From Paraspadella gotoi (lineage: Eukaryota > Animalia > Chaetognatha): 64,000 nt of DNA. Below the pieces are notes generated by a model. It was not told where the DNA came from and did no database searches. It saw only the letters and a list, made by a program, of their open reading frames with translations. Both the position numbers and the translations under genes were made by a program. This document shows positions 23,666-36,312 of the stretch, in pieces (position 1 is the first letter of the stretch; every line of letters starts with the position of its first letter). The stretch covers positions 19,540,307 to 19,604,306 of the forward strand of contig CM119267.1 of NCBI GenBank assembly GCA_051294375.1, read 5' to 3'.

Positions 23666-26600
23666 TCGTCATCATCGTCGTCGTCTTAGTCCCTTTTCCT
23701 GGCCATCATCGTAGCTTTTATGTTTTCTTTTCCTCGTTATCATTTTCATCACTTTTGTCTCCTATGACATTATCTTTATCATCGCCTTTATTTCTTTTAA
23801 CTATTTTTCCTGATATTGCCATCACAAATTTCCTCGTTATCATTGCGGCCTCTTTGTTCCTTTGGTAAATCGTTATGTCGAGCTATCAACGTCTTCATTT
23901 ATANNNNNNNNNNNNNNNNNNNNNNNNNNNNNNNNNNNNNNNNNNNNNNNNNNNNNNNNNNNNNNNNNNNNNNNNNNNNNNNNNNNNNNNNNNNNNNNNN
24001 NNNNNNNNNNNNNNNNNNNNNNNNNNNNNNNNNNNNNNNNNNNNNNNNNNNNNNNNNNNNNNNNNNNNNNNNNNNNNNNNNNNNNNNNNNNNNNNNNNNN
24101 NNNNNNNNNNNNNNNNNNNNNNNNNNNNNNNNNNNNNNNNNNNNNNNNNNNNNNNNNNNNNNNNNNNNNNNNNNNNNNNNNNNNNNNNNNNNNNNNNNNN
24201 NNNNNNNNNNNNNNNNNNNNNNNNNNNNNNNNNNNNNNNNNNNNNNNNNNNNNNNNNNNNNNNNNNNNNNNNNNNNNNNNNNNNNNNNNNNNNNNNNNNN
24301 NNNNNNNNNNNNNNNNNNNNNNNNNNNNNNNNNNNNNNNNNNNNNNNNNNNNNNNNNNNNNNNNNNNNNNNNNNNNNNNNNNNNNNNNNNNNNNNNNNNN
24401 NNNNNNNNNNNNNNNNNNNNNNNNNNNNNNNNNNNNNNNNNNNNNNNNNNNNNNNNNNNNNNNNNNNNNNNNNNNNNNNNNNNNNNNNNNNNNNNNNNNN
24501 NNNNNNNNNNNNNNNNNNNNNNNNNNNNNNNNNNNNNNNNNNNNNNNNNNNNNNNNNNNNNNNNNNNNNNNNNNNNNNNNNNNNNNNNNNNNNNNNNNNN
24601 NNNNNNNNNNNNNNNNNNNNNNNNNNNNNNNNNNNNNNNNNNNNNNNNNNNNNNNNNNNNNNNNNNNNNNNNNNNNNNNNNNNNNNNNNNNNNNNNNNNN
24701 NNNNNNNNNNNNNNNNNNNNNNNNNNNNNNNNNNNNNNNNNNNNNNNNNNNNNNNNNNNNNNNNNNNNNNNNNNNNNNNNNNNNNNNNNNNNNNNNNNNN
24801 NNNNNNNNNNNNNNNNNNNNNNNNNNNNNNNNNNNNNNNNNNNNNNNNNNNNNNNNNNNNNNNNNNNNTTTCCTCGCTTTATTTTTCTCACTATTTTTCC
24901 CCCCGTCCTTATTCTTCCGAACCCTAAATTGCCTCTTATTCTCTTAGGAAATATTAGCTAGGAGTAAAAAATTTTATTTTTCTGGTTCTCCCTTTATTTT
25001 TAATTCCTTTTCATTTCCTAATTCTTAATTCATCAATTTTAATTTATAATTCCTCATTTCTCTTAACCTTAATTCATATATTACTCAACATTCCATTTCA
25101 TATAACCCCTCCTCTTCTTTCTATTTCAAATTTNNNNNNNNNNNNNNNNNNNNNNNNNNNNNNNNNNNNNNNNNNNNNNNNNNNNNNNNNNNCCTCCACC
25201 GCCGAAGATAACTTTGGCCGAAAGTCGTTGTCGATTTCGAGCTAATGGCGCGAGGATTTAGATGCAGGGCGCCCGATGTCCGCGCGCTCAGAGTCCAAAA
25301 GGCAAAACACTTGGGGACAGGGGAGTCGTAACGCCCGGCCAGGTCAAGGAGCTAAAAGTTGCGGGTCTCTGGTTGAAGTCCTTGCAAATTGGGCAGCTTT
25401 CCATTGCCAAGCGCTATATGCCAGGTGGCTGGTGCCAGATCTCTGTAAATGTCTCTAAAGCAAACGGTGACCTCTACTGGAATGAATGTGACGCCTGTTC
25501 GACAGAGCCCCGATGGCTCTCAGGCCCTTCAGTGCCTCGAGAGTCGAGACGACCCCCCAAGGTGGCCGGAAGGGCGCCAGGATAACGCCCGCGGTCGCCA
25601 TGNNNNNNNNNNNNNNNNNNNNNNNNNNNNNNNNNNNNNNNNNNNNNNNNNNNNNNNNNNNNNNNNNNNNNNNNNNNNNNNNNNNNNNNNNNNNNNNNNN
25701 NNNNNNNNNNNNNNNNNNNNNNNNNNNNNNNNNNNNNNNNNNNNNNNNNNNNNNNNNNNNNNNNNNNNNNNNNNNNNNNNNNNNNNNNNNNNNNNNNNNN
25801 NNNNNNNNNNNNNNNNNNNNNNNNNNNNNNCTTCCCTTTAAATTTTTTTTTTTTGCATTTCCTCTCAACCTTAAAAAGCAATCGAGGGTCTCCCTGGGAA
25901 AAAAAAACTCTCTTTGGACGTTCTCTCTTTTTCATTCTATCTTTCTTTCCTTGCTCCCCCTCTTTCTTTCCTAGCCTTTTCTGCTTTCCACCCTCCTTTA
26001 CGTTTTCTTTAAACCTTCCTCTCTCCTTTTTCGGATTCTCTTTTCTTTTCTCCCCTTTTCTTTTCCTAAGTTCCCTCCTCTCTGTTCTCTCCTTTTTACC
26101 CTCTTTAAACTCTCCTCTCGATCTGAAGCGACAATCTGCAATCAATGATACCGATCGATTTCATCCCTAATATTTTCTTCCTCCCTCGACCCAACCTTTA
26201 GTGATTCGCCTTTCCATATCATACTTTCCTTGTTCTATCTTCNNNNNNNNNNNNNNNNNNNNNNNNNNNNNNNNNNNNNNNNNNNNNNNNNNNNNNNNNN
26301 NNNNNNNNNNNNNNNNNNNNNNNNNNNNNNNNNNNNNNNNNNNNNNNNNNNNNNNNNNNNNNNNNNNNNNNNNNNNNNNNNNNNNNNNNNNNNNNNNNNN
26401 NNNNNNNNNNNNNNNNNNNNNNNNNNNNNNNNNNNNNNNNNNNNNNNNNNNNNNNNNNNNNNNNNNNNNNNNNNNNNNNNNNNNNNNNNNNNNNNNNNNN
26501 NNNNNNNNNNNNNNNNNNNNNNNNNNNNNNNNNNNNNNNNNNNNNNNNNNNNNNNNNNNNNNNNNNNNNNNNNNNNNNNNNNNNNNNNNNNNNNNNNNNN

Positions 26601-27499
26601 NNNNNNNNNNNNNNNNNNNNNNNNNNNNNNNNNNNNNNNNNNNNNNNNNNNNNNNNNNNNNNNNNNNNNNNNNNNNNNNNNNNNNNNNNNNNNNNNNNNN
26701 NNNNNNNNNNNNNNNNNNNNNNNNNNNNNNNNNNNNNNNNNNNNNNNNNNNNNNNNNNNNNNNNNNNNNNNNNNNNNNNNNNNNNNNNNNNNNNNNNNNN
26801 NNNNNNNNNNNNNNNNNNNNNNNNNNNNNNNNNNNNNNNNNNNNNNAGAGAGAGAGATGTCTTTGGCGTTGCTCTTTTTTTTCACGTTTTTTTTCTTTCT
26901 TTTTCGACCGCAATTTGGTCACAGATTCTCAGAGACTTTTCGCTCGATGGTCACCGTTTAAATCTCAGCGAATAGATTTTTTTTTAGCTGATGCAATAAC
27001 TTTATATAAATGTTGACAGTGAATAGAAAATTCTGTCTAATTAGTTTTATTCATACGTACACAATTATACATACATACATGCTCAAACCTTGAACGACGT
27101 CCAATATCTTGAACATTTAAATTACTTCTTAGCTGATTATTTTAAGACTAGAAAAGTACCTGTACGAAAGTAGAACAACACAGGCCCACCTTTTTCTTCA
27201 CTGATCATTTCCATTTCTTAGCCACTAGTCTTGACATCGACAGCTGATTCACAGTCTTTTCATCGCCATTCACCGAACCGATTACCGTCGATGTGAGGTC
27301 GTTTTCACGCCAGCGTCGGAACCAATCATTACTCACCTTTTTTTATCGAAATTTTCCATTTCAATGCGACGCCATTTTCTTTAAAATTTTTCACGCGTAA
27401 ACCCACCCTTTTAGACCAAATAGATAATAGACATAGCTTATTAAAAGTTAATTATTGCTAGCTCTTTTTTCTTTTTTTTCTCCAATTTCAAGACAACAG

Positions 27500-28070
27500 T
27501 TTTGTCGCCATTTTGAAAGCCATTTACCGCCTCTTTAAGGCCTTTGACGGCCATTTTTCGACCGACTATTGACCATTTTCGCCATTTTTTCGCCATTTTC
27601 TCTTCCATCTATAAACAATTTCTTCTTCATTTCTCTGCCATTTTTCCGCCATTTATTCGCCATTTCCCCGAAATTTCACTACCATTTCTTCGCCATTTCT
27701 CCGCCATTTCTCTGTCATTTCTCCGCCATTTATCCGCCATTTCACTGCCATTTCTCCGCTATTTCTTCGCCATTTCTCCACCATTTCTCTTCCATTTATT
27801 CGCCATTTCCCCACAATTTCTCTAACATTTCGCCCCAGTCTCCGCCATTGTCTGCCATTTTCCGCCACCTGCCCACTCTTGCCATTTCTTCGCCATTTCT
27901 CCGCTATTTCTCTGCCATTTCCCCGGCAATTTCTCTGCCATTTTTCTGCCATTTCTGCCGCATTCTCCGCTATTTCTCTGCCGACTTCCCCGCAAATTTC
28001 TCTGCCATTTTTTTTCTCCGCCATTTCTCCGCCATTTCTCCGCCATTTCTCCGCCATTTCTTCGCCATCT
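27500..28070 (+). repeat. 11-bp minisatellite (GCCATTTCTCC)n
   Basis: Dozens of degenerate units, most homogeneous at 28015-28068. Confidence 0.95.
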
Positions 28071-29080
28071 GACCTTCATCGCGTCCCTTTTTTTTCCTCC
28101 TCCTTTCCTTCGCTCGTTTTGCAGTCGACGTCGCTTAACAAGAAACGGATTTGTTTTGTTCCAGACCAACTTTTTTTCCCCTCTGGTTGGCGTTGAGAGT
28201 GGAGTGTATGGGGTAGTGGAGCGATGATTGATTATTATATTATATATTATTATGTTATTTTATATTATATTATATTATATTGATAATATTCTCAGATCGC
28301 TGCAGTTTGGACGATTCATGTGAAAGGTAATTGTTTGAACTTTAACAAGAAACGGGGATTTAATAGCGAGAGTTTAAACGGAGCTCGACGTAAAAATGAG
28401 AAAGATTCTTATTATTTTCAAGAGATATGGTTGGAGAGGCTGAGAAAGAGTAGAAAGTCATCGCCTGAGCAGCTGGGTAAGTTAGAGAGAGGGTAAGTGG
28501 AGATTGTGACGGGATTATGAGCAAAGTCGGCCTCATAACAAAAAGGAAACGGTCAGTCGGTCTCAATCGAAAACCCGAAGAAAATCGACGGCAAAATGGA
28601 TGGAAATAAAAAAAAAATGGGGCCGAAGGGAGGAAAAGGGAGAAAATTGGGCCGAATGGAATGGAAAAGGGATTTAAAGAGTAGGGAAAGAATATTAGTC
28701 GAAATTAGGCAAGCCGGTATATATTTACGTTTTTAGTCAAACGAACCATTTTCGCGCGGTCTGGATTCGACTTCTTAAATGTAAAATTGTCAAACCTTTG
28801 TCAATCCATCTGTTTGTCGGGCTCTGCCTCCGTACTGTGAGTCTTTTTAGCTTAACGTTGAGCCGTATCATTAATAAACAATTTTACCTATAAAATTGCC
28901 ATTAATTTCATTTGGAAAAAAAAAGAAATAGCAGCCAACACATCGAAAATAGACCGGAAGGACGCATTAATTGCAATCGACTTTTTTTCCCTCGAAAAAA
29001 AAGATTAAGTTTTTCTCAGAAATCCTGACTCTTTCGAGAAGCAGAGGCGACGTTTCTAATCACGAAGTAGAAACCACGAA

Positions 29081-29132
<52 letters not shown>
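29081..29132 (+). repeat. (GAC)n microsatellite (also 29384-29426, 30775-30803, 30987-31016)
   Basis: Perfect trinucleotide runs. Confidence 0.95.
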
Positions 29133-29133
<1 letters not shown>

Positions 29134-29383
29134 AGATTCGTAGAAAGTAACGTCGAGTGCTCAGTGGTATGACGTCTAAACGATGACGACGAAGATGATA
29201 GCGACGAATAATTGGGGAAAAAAGAAGGTGACGACGATACTGACGACTACTGAGTATAATTCCCTCGAAAGGAAGAAGACGACGATGAAAAAGAAAGAAA
29301 AAGAAATGAAGACAAGTAACATAGATTGCTAAGTGGCATTACGTCAAAACGACGACGTCGAGGACGATCCTGATGACGAACAA

Positions 29384-29427
<44 letters not shown>

Positions 29428-30182
29428 AGAAGACGACGACGAAGCGACGTTGGTATCGCAAGGAAAAACCATGGCGACGCCGTTTACTAACTGTCGTCTG
29501 CGACGCCGCAAAAATGACAGCGGCGCTCAACGCCGGCGTCGCTCAACGCCAGCGTCGCTGGGCGCAACTGCCTTACTCTCACCTAGAGGCTTCTTGCGTT
29601 GTGAGCTGAGAGAGAGAGAGAGAGAGCTGAGAGAGATGAGAGAGAGAGACGAGAGCGACGAGAGGAAGAGAAGAGATGAGAAGAGAGAGAGCGAGAGAAA
29701 GAGGAGAGGAGGAGATGAGTAAAAAGAGCATATAAAAAATGCATTGTGGCGCTATTTCATAAATGTGTTGGTCGCTTTGGAGACCGAGACTTTTTTTTTT
29801 ATTCACTGCGAAAGCGGAAACGCTCTGGGGCGCGAAAGCGGCGCCGATGACGTCAGGATGACGCCGTGTGGCGGGCGGCGCTCGGACGACGGCGAGTCAC
29901 TTCCGCATTAACTTTCCTTTTTGCATATCGATGCCGTGTATCGACCCTTTCATTCCGTATTACCTTCCAATGCCCCCTGGGAGCAGCTAACGTCAATGCG
30001 AATGTCACAACACGACGACGCGGTTTTCGAGCGACGAGAAAAGGTCCGCCATCTGGTGAAAGGTTTTATTTTTTTGAGCGTCAACGTCAAATCAGTTGCG
30101 TCCGTAGCGAGAGCGTTCCTCGTCCTTTGTTTTTTGGTCATATGATCTTTGGTTTTAGTCATACGTATGTATAAAAATTTAC

Positions 30183-30184
<2 letters not shown>

Positions 30185-30271
<87 letters not shown>
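30185..30271 (+). repeat. (AAT)n microsatellite
   Basis: Perfect trinucleotide run. Confidence 0.95.
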
Positions 30272-30274
<3 letters not shown>

Positions 30275-30844
30275 TACATTTACATAAAAAAATTAGATTT
30301 CGAAACCGCTAATTCTTAAATTTTCATTAAAATAATTTTTTTTAAGATATTTCTATATTATTATTTTGTAAAAGTGATGGGACGCCCTAAACCACCAAAG
30401 CCAATACAAAGTCAGAGGCAAAATAGCTTATCTATTAAATCGATCGATAATTTTTATATTGGTTGTACCAATTTCATTAATAAAGAAAATGTTCATTTTT
30501 TTTTCAGTTTGTGTCTCAAGGTATATTTGTAATTTTGACATTTGAAGCGGCCAAACTTACGATTAACACAGTCAAAACCACCACTGCCACTGGCATCGTC
30601 GACCTTCCTCTAACCCCCCCCCAAAAAAAAAAATCTACAGTCAGATTTCTTGTATTGAAAAAAAAATATATGACTATAAAATTTTTCCCCAACTTTTTTT
30701 TCCTTCTCGTTATAAACGATTCATTCCGGTCGCACGTCGGACGAATGGCCTTAAAAGTTAGCATTGTTGTTTATCGTCGTCGTCGTCGTCGTCGTCGTCG
30801 TCGGCTTTTCCCCAAGTCGTCGAAACGATGGGGTGAGGGGAGTT

Positions 30845-30918
30845 GGCGGCGACGGCGGCAGCGGCGGCGGCGGCGGCGGCGGCGGCGAGCGGCGGCGGCG
30901 ACGGCGGCGGCGGCGGCA
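30845..30918 (+). repeat. (GGC)n microsatellite (also 52351-52405, 52534-52568)
   Basis: Near-perfect trinucleotide runs. Confidence 0.9.
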
Positions 30919-30985
30919 TCACGTTTTAAAAGTTGAAAAATGAGAAAAAGCGACGACAAAGCGAATGCGACGACGAAATCGTCGC

Positions 30986-31016
<31 letters not shown>

Positions 31017-31201
31017 AATAAAAACAACAACTACGACGACGAACAAGTCGGCGAAGACATCTACGAGAACGACGACAACGACAATGGCGACGACGACAAC
31101 TGCGACGACGACAATAGCGGCGGAGACGACGACGACGGCTCGAGAACCGGAAATCCACGAAGAGAAAGCGTGACGCTGTAAATAAATGCCTTCGCTGGGA
31201 A

Positions 31202-31277
<76 letters not shown>
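31202..31277 (+). repeat. (GAT)n microsatellite
   Basis: Perfect trinucleotide run; source of the poly-Met ORF. Confidence 0.95.
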
Positions 31278-31278
<1 letters not shown>

Positions 31279-31704
31279 CAATTCTGACGATGATGATGAT
31301 GATAATAACAATTATGATGACGAGATATATCGACGATGATGATGATGATAATTCTGATGATGATTTTGATATAAAGGTTTATATTCTAATTGATCTAAAA
31401 GCATAAGAATTATTATAATGTTATAATCATTAAAAACAGCTGATCTCTTGGGTCGCGTCGAGTTTTGATTCCGTGGCGTAAATGAGAGAATTAAGATGAG
31501 GAAGGCGCCTTTTGTTTATAAAACTGGGATTTAATTAAATGAAATCAAATTGTATTATACTTTTTCACCGTGGAGACCGGAGAGCTTGAGCGTCGTTCCA
31601 GGTGTGACAGAGTTTAACGGCGAAGAAGTTGTGAGGTACATTTGTTGAAGGGGACTGACGTGGAAATGCGGAAAGTGGCGTGTCGTACATGAAGACGAAA
31701 CATG

Positions 31705-31935
31705 ACGCCCGCAGATTCCTGAAGCCGCCCTACGCCTACCGACCCCGCCGGACATCGTTCAAAGACTCCTGAAGCCGCCCGACACTATCTTACGCCGTCC
31801 GACGCCGCCCGACGCCGCCCGCAGATACCTGAAGCCACCGACGCCGCCCGCAGACTCCCGACGCCGCTCCGACGGCCGCCCGACGCCGCCCGCTTACGAG
31901 TATCGGCGACGCTACCGACGCCTGCGAGCGACGCC
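31705..31935 (+). repeat. GC-rich degenerate repeat (GACGCCGCCC / CCTGAAGCCGCCC)
   Basis: Repeated 10-13 bp words; duplicate at ~37865-38100. Confidence 0.7.
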
Positions 31936-32004
31936 AGATTAATGCGAACCATCGCTCAATGTTTTTTTAATTACGGACCGATTGTATTTATTGCGATCGG
32001 GCGT

Positions 32005-32480
32005 GGCGTGGGGAGGTGGAAGGTTGGTGGTGTAATTGGGGTGGGGAGGTGGAAATGGAGTAAAATATAGAAGTTGGGAGAAATGTGGAAAAGAAGGTGG
32101 ATGGATGGACTGAAGGGTGGTAAAGTGGAAAAGTGAAAGGGGATTGCGGAATGGAGTGAGGTGGTGGAAAGTGGTAACGTGAGCGTGGGCTGGGAAAGGG
32201 GAAAGGTGAAAAAGATGTGGTGGGACGTAGTGAAGGGTGGTAAAGTGGAAAGGTGAAAGGGGGTTGTGGAATGGAGTGAAGATTGGGGAAGTGGAAAGTT
32301 GGAAAATAGAAGTGGAATTGAGTGGAAAAAGGATAACGTGAGCGTCGGCTGGGAAAGTGGAAAAGGGGATGTGGAAAAGGGGATGTGGAATAGGGGAAGT
32401 ATATAAGTAGAAAAGTGGTGGCGGCGTTGTGGAAATTGTAACAGGGGATGTGGAATGCAGTGAAGAGGTGAGGTGGAAAT
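32005..32480 (+). repeat. G/A-rich degenerate GTGGAA repeat with ~120 bp internal duplication
   Basis: TGAAGGGTGGTAAAGTGGAAA occurs at 32111 and 32231. Confidence 0.7.
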
Positions 32481-33011
32481 GGCGCGAGTCTCTCGCGAAA
32501 AAAAATGATGGAGGCTGGAATTGGAACATAAAGCGCAGGAGCGCGTGGACGTACGTCTTATTTTTTTTTTAATTTTAATTTAATACCCGGTAGTAAAGGC
32601 GAAGTCGATACGAGAATATGTTATTCTTCTTATTCGTTTTTATTTGTGATTCTTTTACGTGAAAGTATTTGCATTCTAGTTGACATTAGGTCAGTTCTAT
32701 AGTGATCAGACTGAATTCGTAACAATAATAATAGTATAAGCTTAAGAAATAATAGTAACAATAATAGTAATTTAAAGTTTTTACCGCTTTCGGAAGAAGG
32801 CAGCCGACCTTTGTGTGGTTACTTTCATTGTTTTCTCTGTTTTATGGGTAAAAATGATGAATATCTTAGCGAGACAGGGTGGCAGAGAGAAAAGTAGAGA
32901 GAGAGAAAGTGGGAGAGAGAGAGGGGGGGGAACTCTTGGTTTGTTGCCTCATGTCACCGGGTTCGTCAACAGAAGAGAACGCTAACGCGGTAGTTGAGAA
33001 AAACGAGAATT

Positions 33012-33087
<76 letters not shown>

Positions 33088-33219
33088 GAGAGGAGAGAGA
33101 GAGATATTCCACCATGGTAGAGAAAAGACCATTGAAAAAAGTGAAGTGACGAGAGAGCGAAGGAGAGAGAGCGAAGGAGAGAGATGCGAAAGAGATGCGA
33201 GAGAGAGAGAAGAGAGAGG

Positions 33220-33255
<36 letters not shown>

Positions 33256-33960
33256 CTCATTTCTACTCTCGTGACTTTGAGAAATAGGGAGACGCTTGAA
33301 GTCGGAAAAGCTGGCGCGAAGGAAAGAAACTAGACGAGGCGGCGCCCGGGGATCGGAGCAGCGCCGCGGACCTCGATGCGGCGCCGGGGACCTCGCAACG
33401 GCGCCGGGAACCGAGCACTGGTGCCCGGGCGGTTTATTTCGGTGCCAGTGTCCGTTGGGAGATTTCGCGTAGGAGAAATTCAAACCGGGCGAAAAATTGA
33501 AACCACTCGATGAAATCCGTTTGTTAGATTACATTAATTACTAGGAGTTAAACATAAAAAGAACATATTTCAAAATCTATTTTCGAAAGTTAGTTCGAAG
33601 AGGTTTAACAAAATGTATAATTTTCTAAGCTTCAAAATGTATTTAAATTGCAAAAGTGGAAAATGCCTTTATTTTATGTCATTTTTTTTGCCCTTTTCCT
33701 TTGTAATTTACCGTATTTTCCATTTTCTATCCGTTGTTTTTATTAATCCAAACTATTTTTAACAAATTCTTAACAAATTCTCAACAATTTTTTTTCCTCT
33801 TCCTCTTTCTCTTCCACTTCCTCCTCCGCCTCCTCCCCCTCGTCCCGCCCCCCCCCAACCCATTTTTTCCACTCCACCTCTTCGCCGCTCAATCATTTCC
33901 TAAGCTCCTTAACGAACCTGTATCTCACGACTCTGGATGACGGTAGACGACGACGACATC

Positions 33961-34113
33961 GGAGGGCGCGGCCACCTGATTAGTTGCGGTTTCCTGGAAG
34001 TCATGACGTTGACGAAGAGGTCCCGGGTTCGAATCCGGACACGACGGATGAAACCGGCCGGCCTATTTCGAGCTTACACCCCGCGTATACATTACATTAC
34101 ATTGCATTACATT
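33961..34113 (+). mobile_element. Short tRNA-derived SINE-like element with (ACATT)n tail
   Basis: Perfect B-box GGTTCGAATCC at 34026-34036; tail TACATTACATTACATTGCATTACATT at 34088-34113; A-box degenerate. Duplicated at ~40225-40385. Confidence 0.45.
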
Positions 34114-34192
34114 AAATTGCATACGTACGAAGAGGAATTTGCGCAGTGAAAATGATACTGAATTGGACCATGTACACGAAATGCAGAAAGAG

Positions 34193-34372
34193 GTCGATAC
34201 TGACAACGAGGATCGATGACAACTGACAACGAGGATCGATGACAACTGCAACGAAGGAATCGATGACAACTGACAACGAGGATCGATGACAACTGACAAG
34301 GAGGATCGAATGACAACGAACAAACGAAGGATCGATGACAACTGACAACGAGGATCGATGACAACGACGACA
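34193..34372 (+). repeat. 23-bp minisatellite (TGACAACTGACAACGAGGATCGA)n
   Basis: About 8 units; noisy and longer copy at ~40475-40725. Confidence 0.9.
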
Positions 34373-35424
34373 TCTAACGACAGCGATTGATTTGTGAAAA
34401 CTCGGCCAACCTTCGCCCCCAATCGGATTTGACTGGAATTAATTCGATGGATCGGAAATTTTAAGGAGAAAAGACGCGGATTACTTGAAGCGCAATCAAT
34501 GAGACGAACGTGACTCGCGGATGAGATGAACGACTTTAACGCTCTTGAGATGAATGAGGTCATACGATCAGACGTTGAGGCGAACGACCTTTCCATTTCT
34601 AATCTCTGATTCTTTGTTGACTCTAAAAGATCGAGGTGATTAATTTCAAGGATTATTCCGAGTCGTGTGGCGTGGAGATATCGTTTCTCATTGCCTTGTG
34701 AAAGTGATAGGAATGATTGTGATGAATGATGATGGTAGTGATTAGAAAAATGAAATCCTAAGAAACAGTGCGAACTGCGGACGCATTTGTAACTTTTTCA
34801 TAGAAAAAAGGAATGCCGTCTGGCGAAATTTTGATTAAATTACAATTTTTTTATAGTTTTTCTTACGTGTTTTCGATCGAATTGGCATTAACCGTCCTTT
34901 CATCGGTATTTCGATTAGTCGTTCAAATGATTCCTTCTGCCAAATGTAATTCTCGGCCAAAAGAGAAAATTCAGATATCTATCCTAAATTAAGATCGAAC
35001 GAAGACGGAGATGACGACGACGACGACGACGACGACGACAACCCCCGTTTAACTTCCGAGTCCTTAACGATCCAAGCGACAAGTAACGATGTACAGGAAC
35101 TTATCTTTCCTTTCCTTTCTCCCCGAGGGCGGGAAAACGTTTCGCTTGTTCCCCGGTTACCATGGAGATGTTTACCAAAAACACTTGTTTTTATTTTCCT
35201 TTGATGGTCCTCGCTTTTTTCGTCAAATGATTGAGGTTTAATGGGACGTGACATCGCGGTCCAAAAGAAGGGCGGCGATAGAGGGGGGGCGTTTAGGAAG
35301 GGGGCGGGGTGATTGGAAGCGAGCTGGAAAAAAAAAGGGGATGAAGCATGGGGCGAGCGTCGATTGGGCGGAGAAAAGGGCGGGAAAGTGGGCCAAGGCG
35401 AAGCAAAAGAGAGAGAGAGAGAGT

Positions 35425-35463
<39 letters not shown>

Positions 35464-35786
35464 GAGGGAGAGAGAGAGATGTTGCAGCTTCCGATTCCTG
35501 CCTCGACTGACAGATGCTCTTTTTATTTTCTCCCTCTCTCTCTCTTTCTCACCCTCTCTCTCCCCCTCTCTCTCTCTCTTTCTATCTCTCTCTCTCTGTC
35601 TCTCTCTTTCTCTCTCTCTCTCTCACACTTTTTCTCCTTCTACCTATCGCAACGGAGCAATAATAAAATCCAGGCATTGGTTCAAGACCATCATCGTTTT
35701 CGAGAGGAGGAGATGAGGAGAGAGAGAGACGAGAGATGAGAGGAAGACGAGAGAGAGAGAGAGAGAGATGAGAGGAGAGAGAGAGC

Positions 35787-36272
35787 AAAAAAAAGAGCCA
35801 TATAAAAAATGCATTTGGCGCTATTTCAGAAATGTGTTGGTCGCTTTGGAGACCGAGACTTTTTTTAGTTCACTTGGCGAAAGCGGAAACGCATCTGGGG
35901 CGCGAAAGCGGCGCCGATGACGTCAGGGATGACGCCGTGTGGCGCGGCGGCGCTCGGCTACGACGGCGAGTCACTTCCGCATTAACTTTCCTTTTTTGCA
36001 TATCGATGCCCGTGTATCGACCCTTTCATTCCGTATTACCTTCCAATTGCCCCCTGGGAGCAGCTAACGTTCAATGCGAAATGTCACAAAACACCACGAC
36101 GCGGGTTTTCGAGCGACGATGAAAAGGTCCGCCATCTGCGTGAAAGGTTTTTGATTTTTTGAGCGTCAACGTCAAATCAGTTGCGTCCGTAGCCGAGAGC
36201 GTTCCCTCGTCCTTTGTTTTTTGGTCATATGAATCTTTGGTTTTAGTCATACGCATGTAATAAAAAATTTAC

Positions 36273-36312
<40 letters not shown>

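Larger units (their letters stand above)
29720..35700 (+). repeat. Copy 1 of ~6 kb tandem duplication
   Basis: Colinear with 35787-42080 (both start AAAAGAGC(C)ATATAAAAAATGCATT). Confidence 0.95.

Noticed and set aside
25192-25602. GC-rich mini-contig between gaps, possible retroelement or foreign DNA
   Set aside because: No recognisable domain in the frames examined; too short to assign.
22684-27016. Long ORFs spanning N runs
   Set aside because: Mostly X residues from assembly gaps.
27544-28196. ORFs with FSAISPPFLRH / MAEKWRRNGGE repeats
   Set aside because: Products of the 11-bp minisatellite in all frames.
30770-31410. Poly-D, poly-T, poly-M and poly-R ORFs
   Set aside because: Trinucleotide microsatellite translations.
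33961-34045. Possible tRNA gene
   Set aside because: Only the T-arm/B-box is present; no acceptor stem, D arm or anticodon arm could be folded, so it was kept as SINE-like.
34193-34372. 23-bp repeat array as a CRISPR candidate
   Set aside because: Units are contiguous with no unique spacers, there are no cas genes, and the context is eukaryotic.
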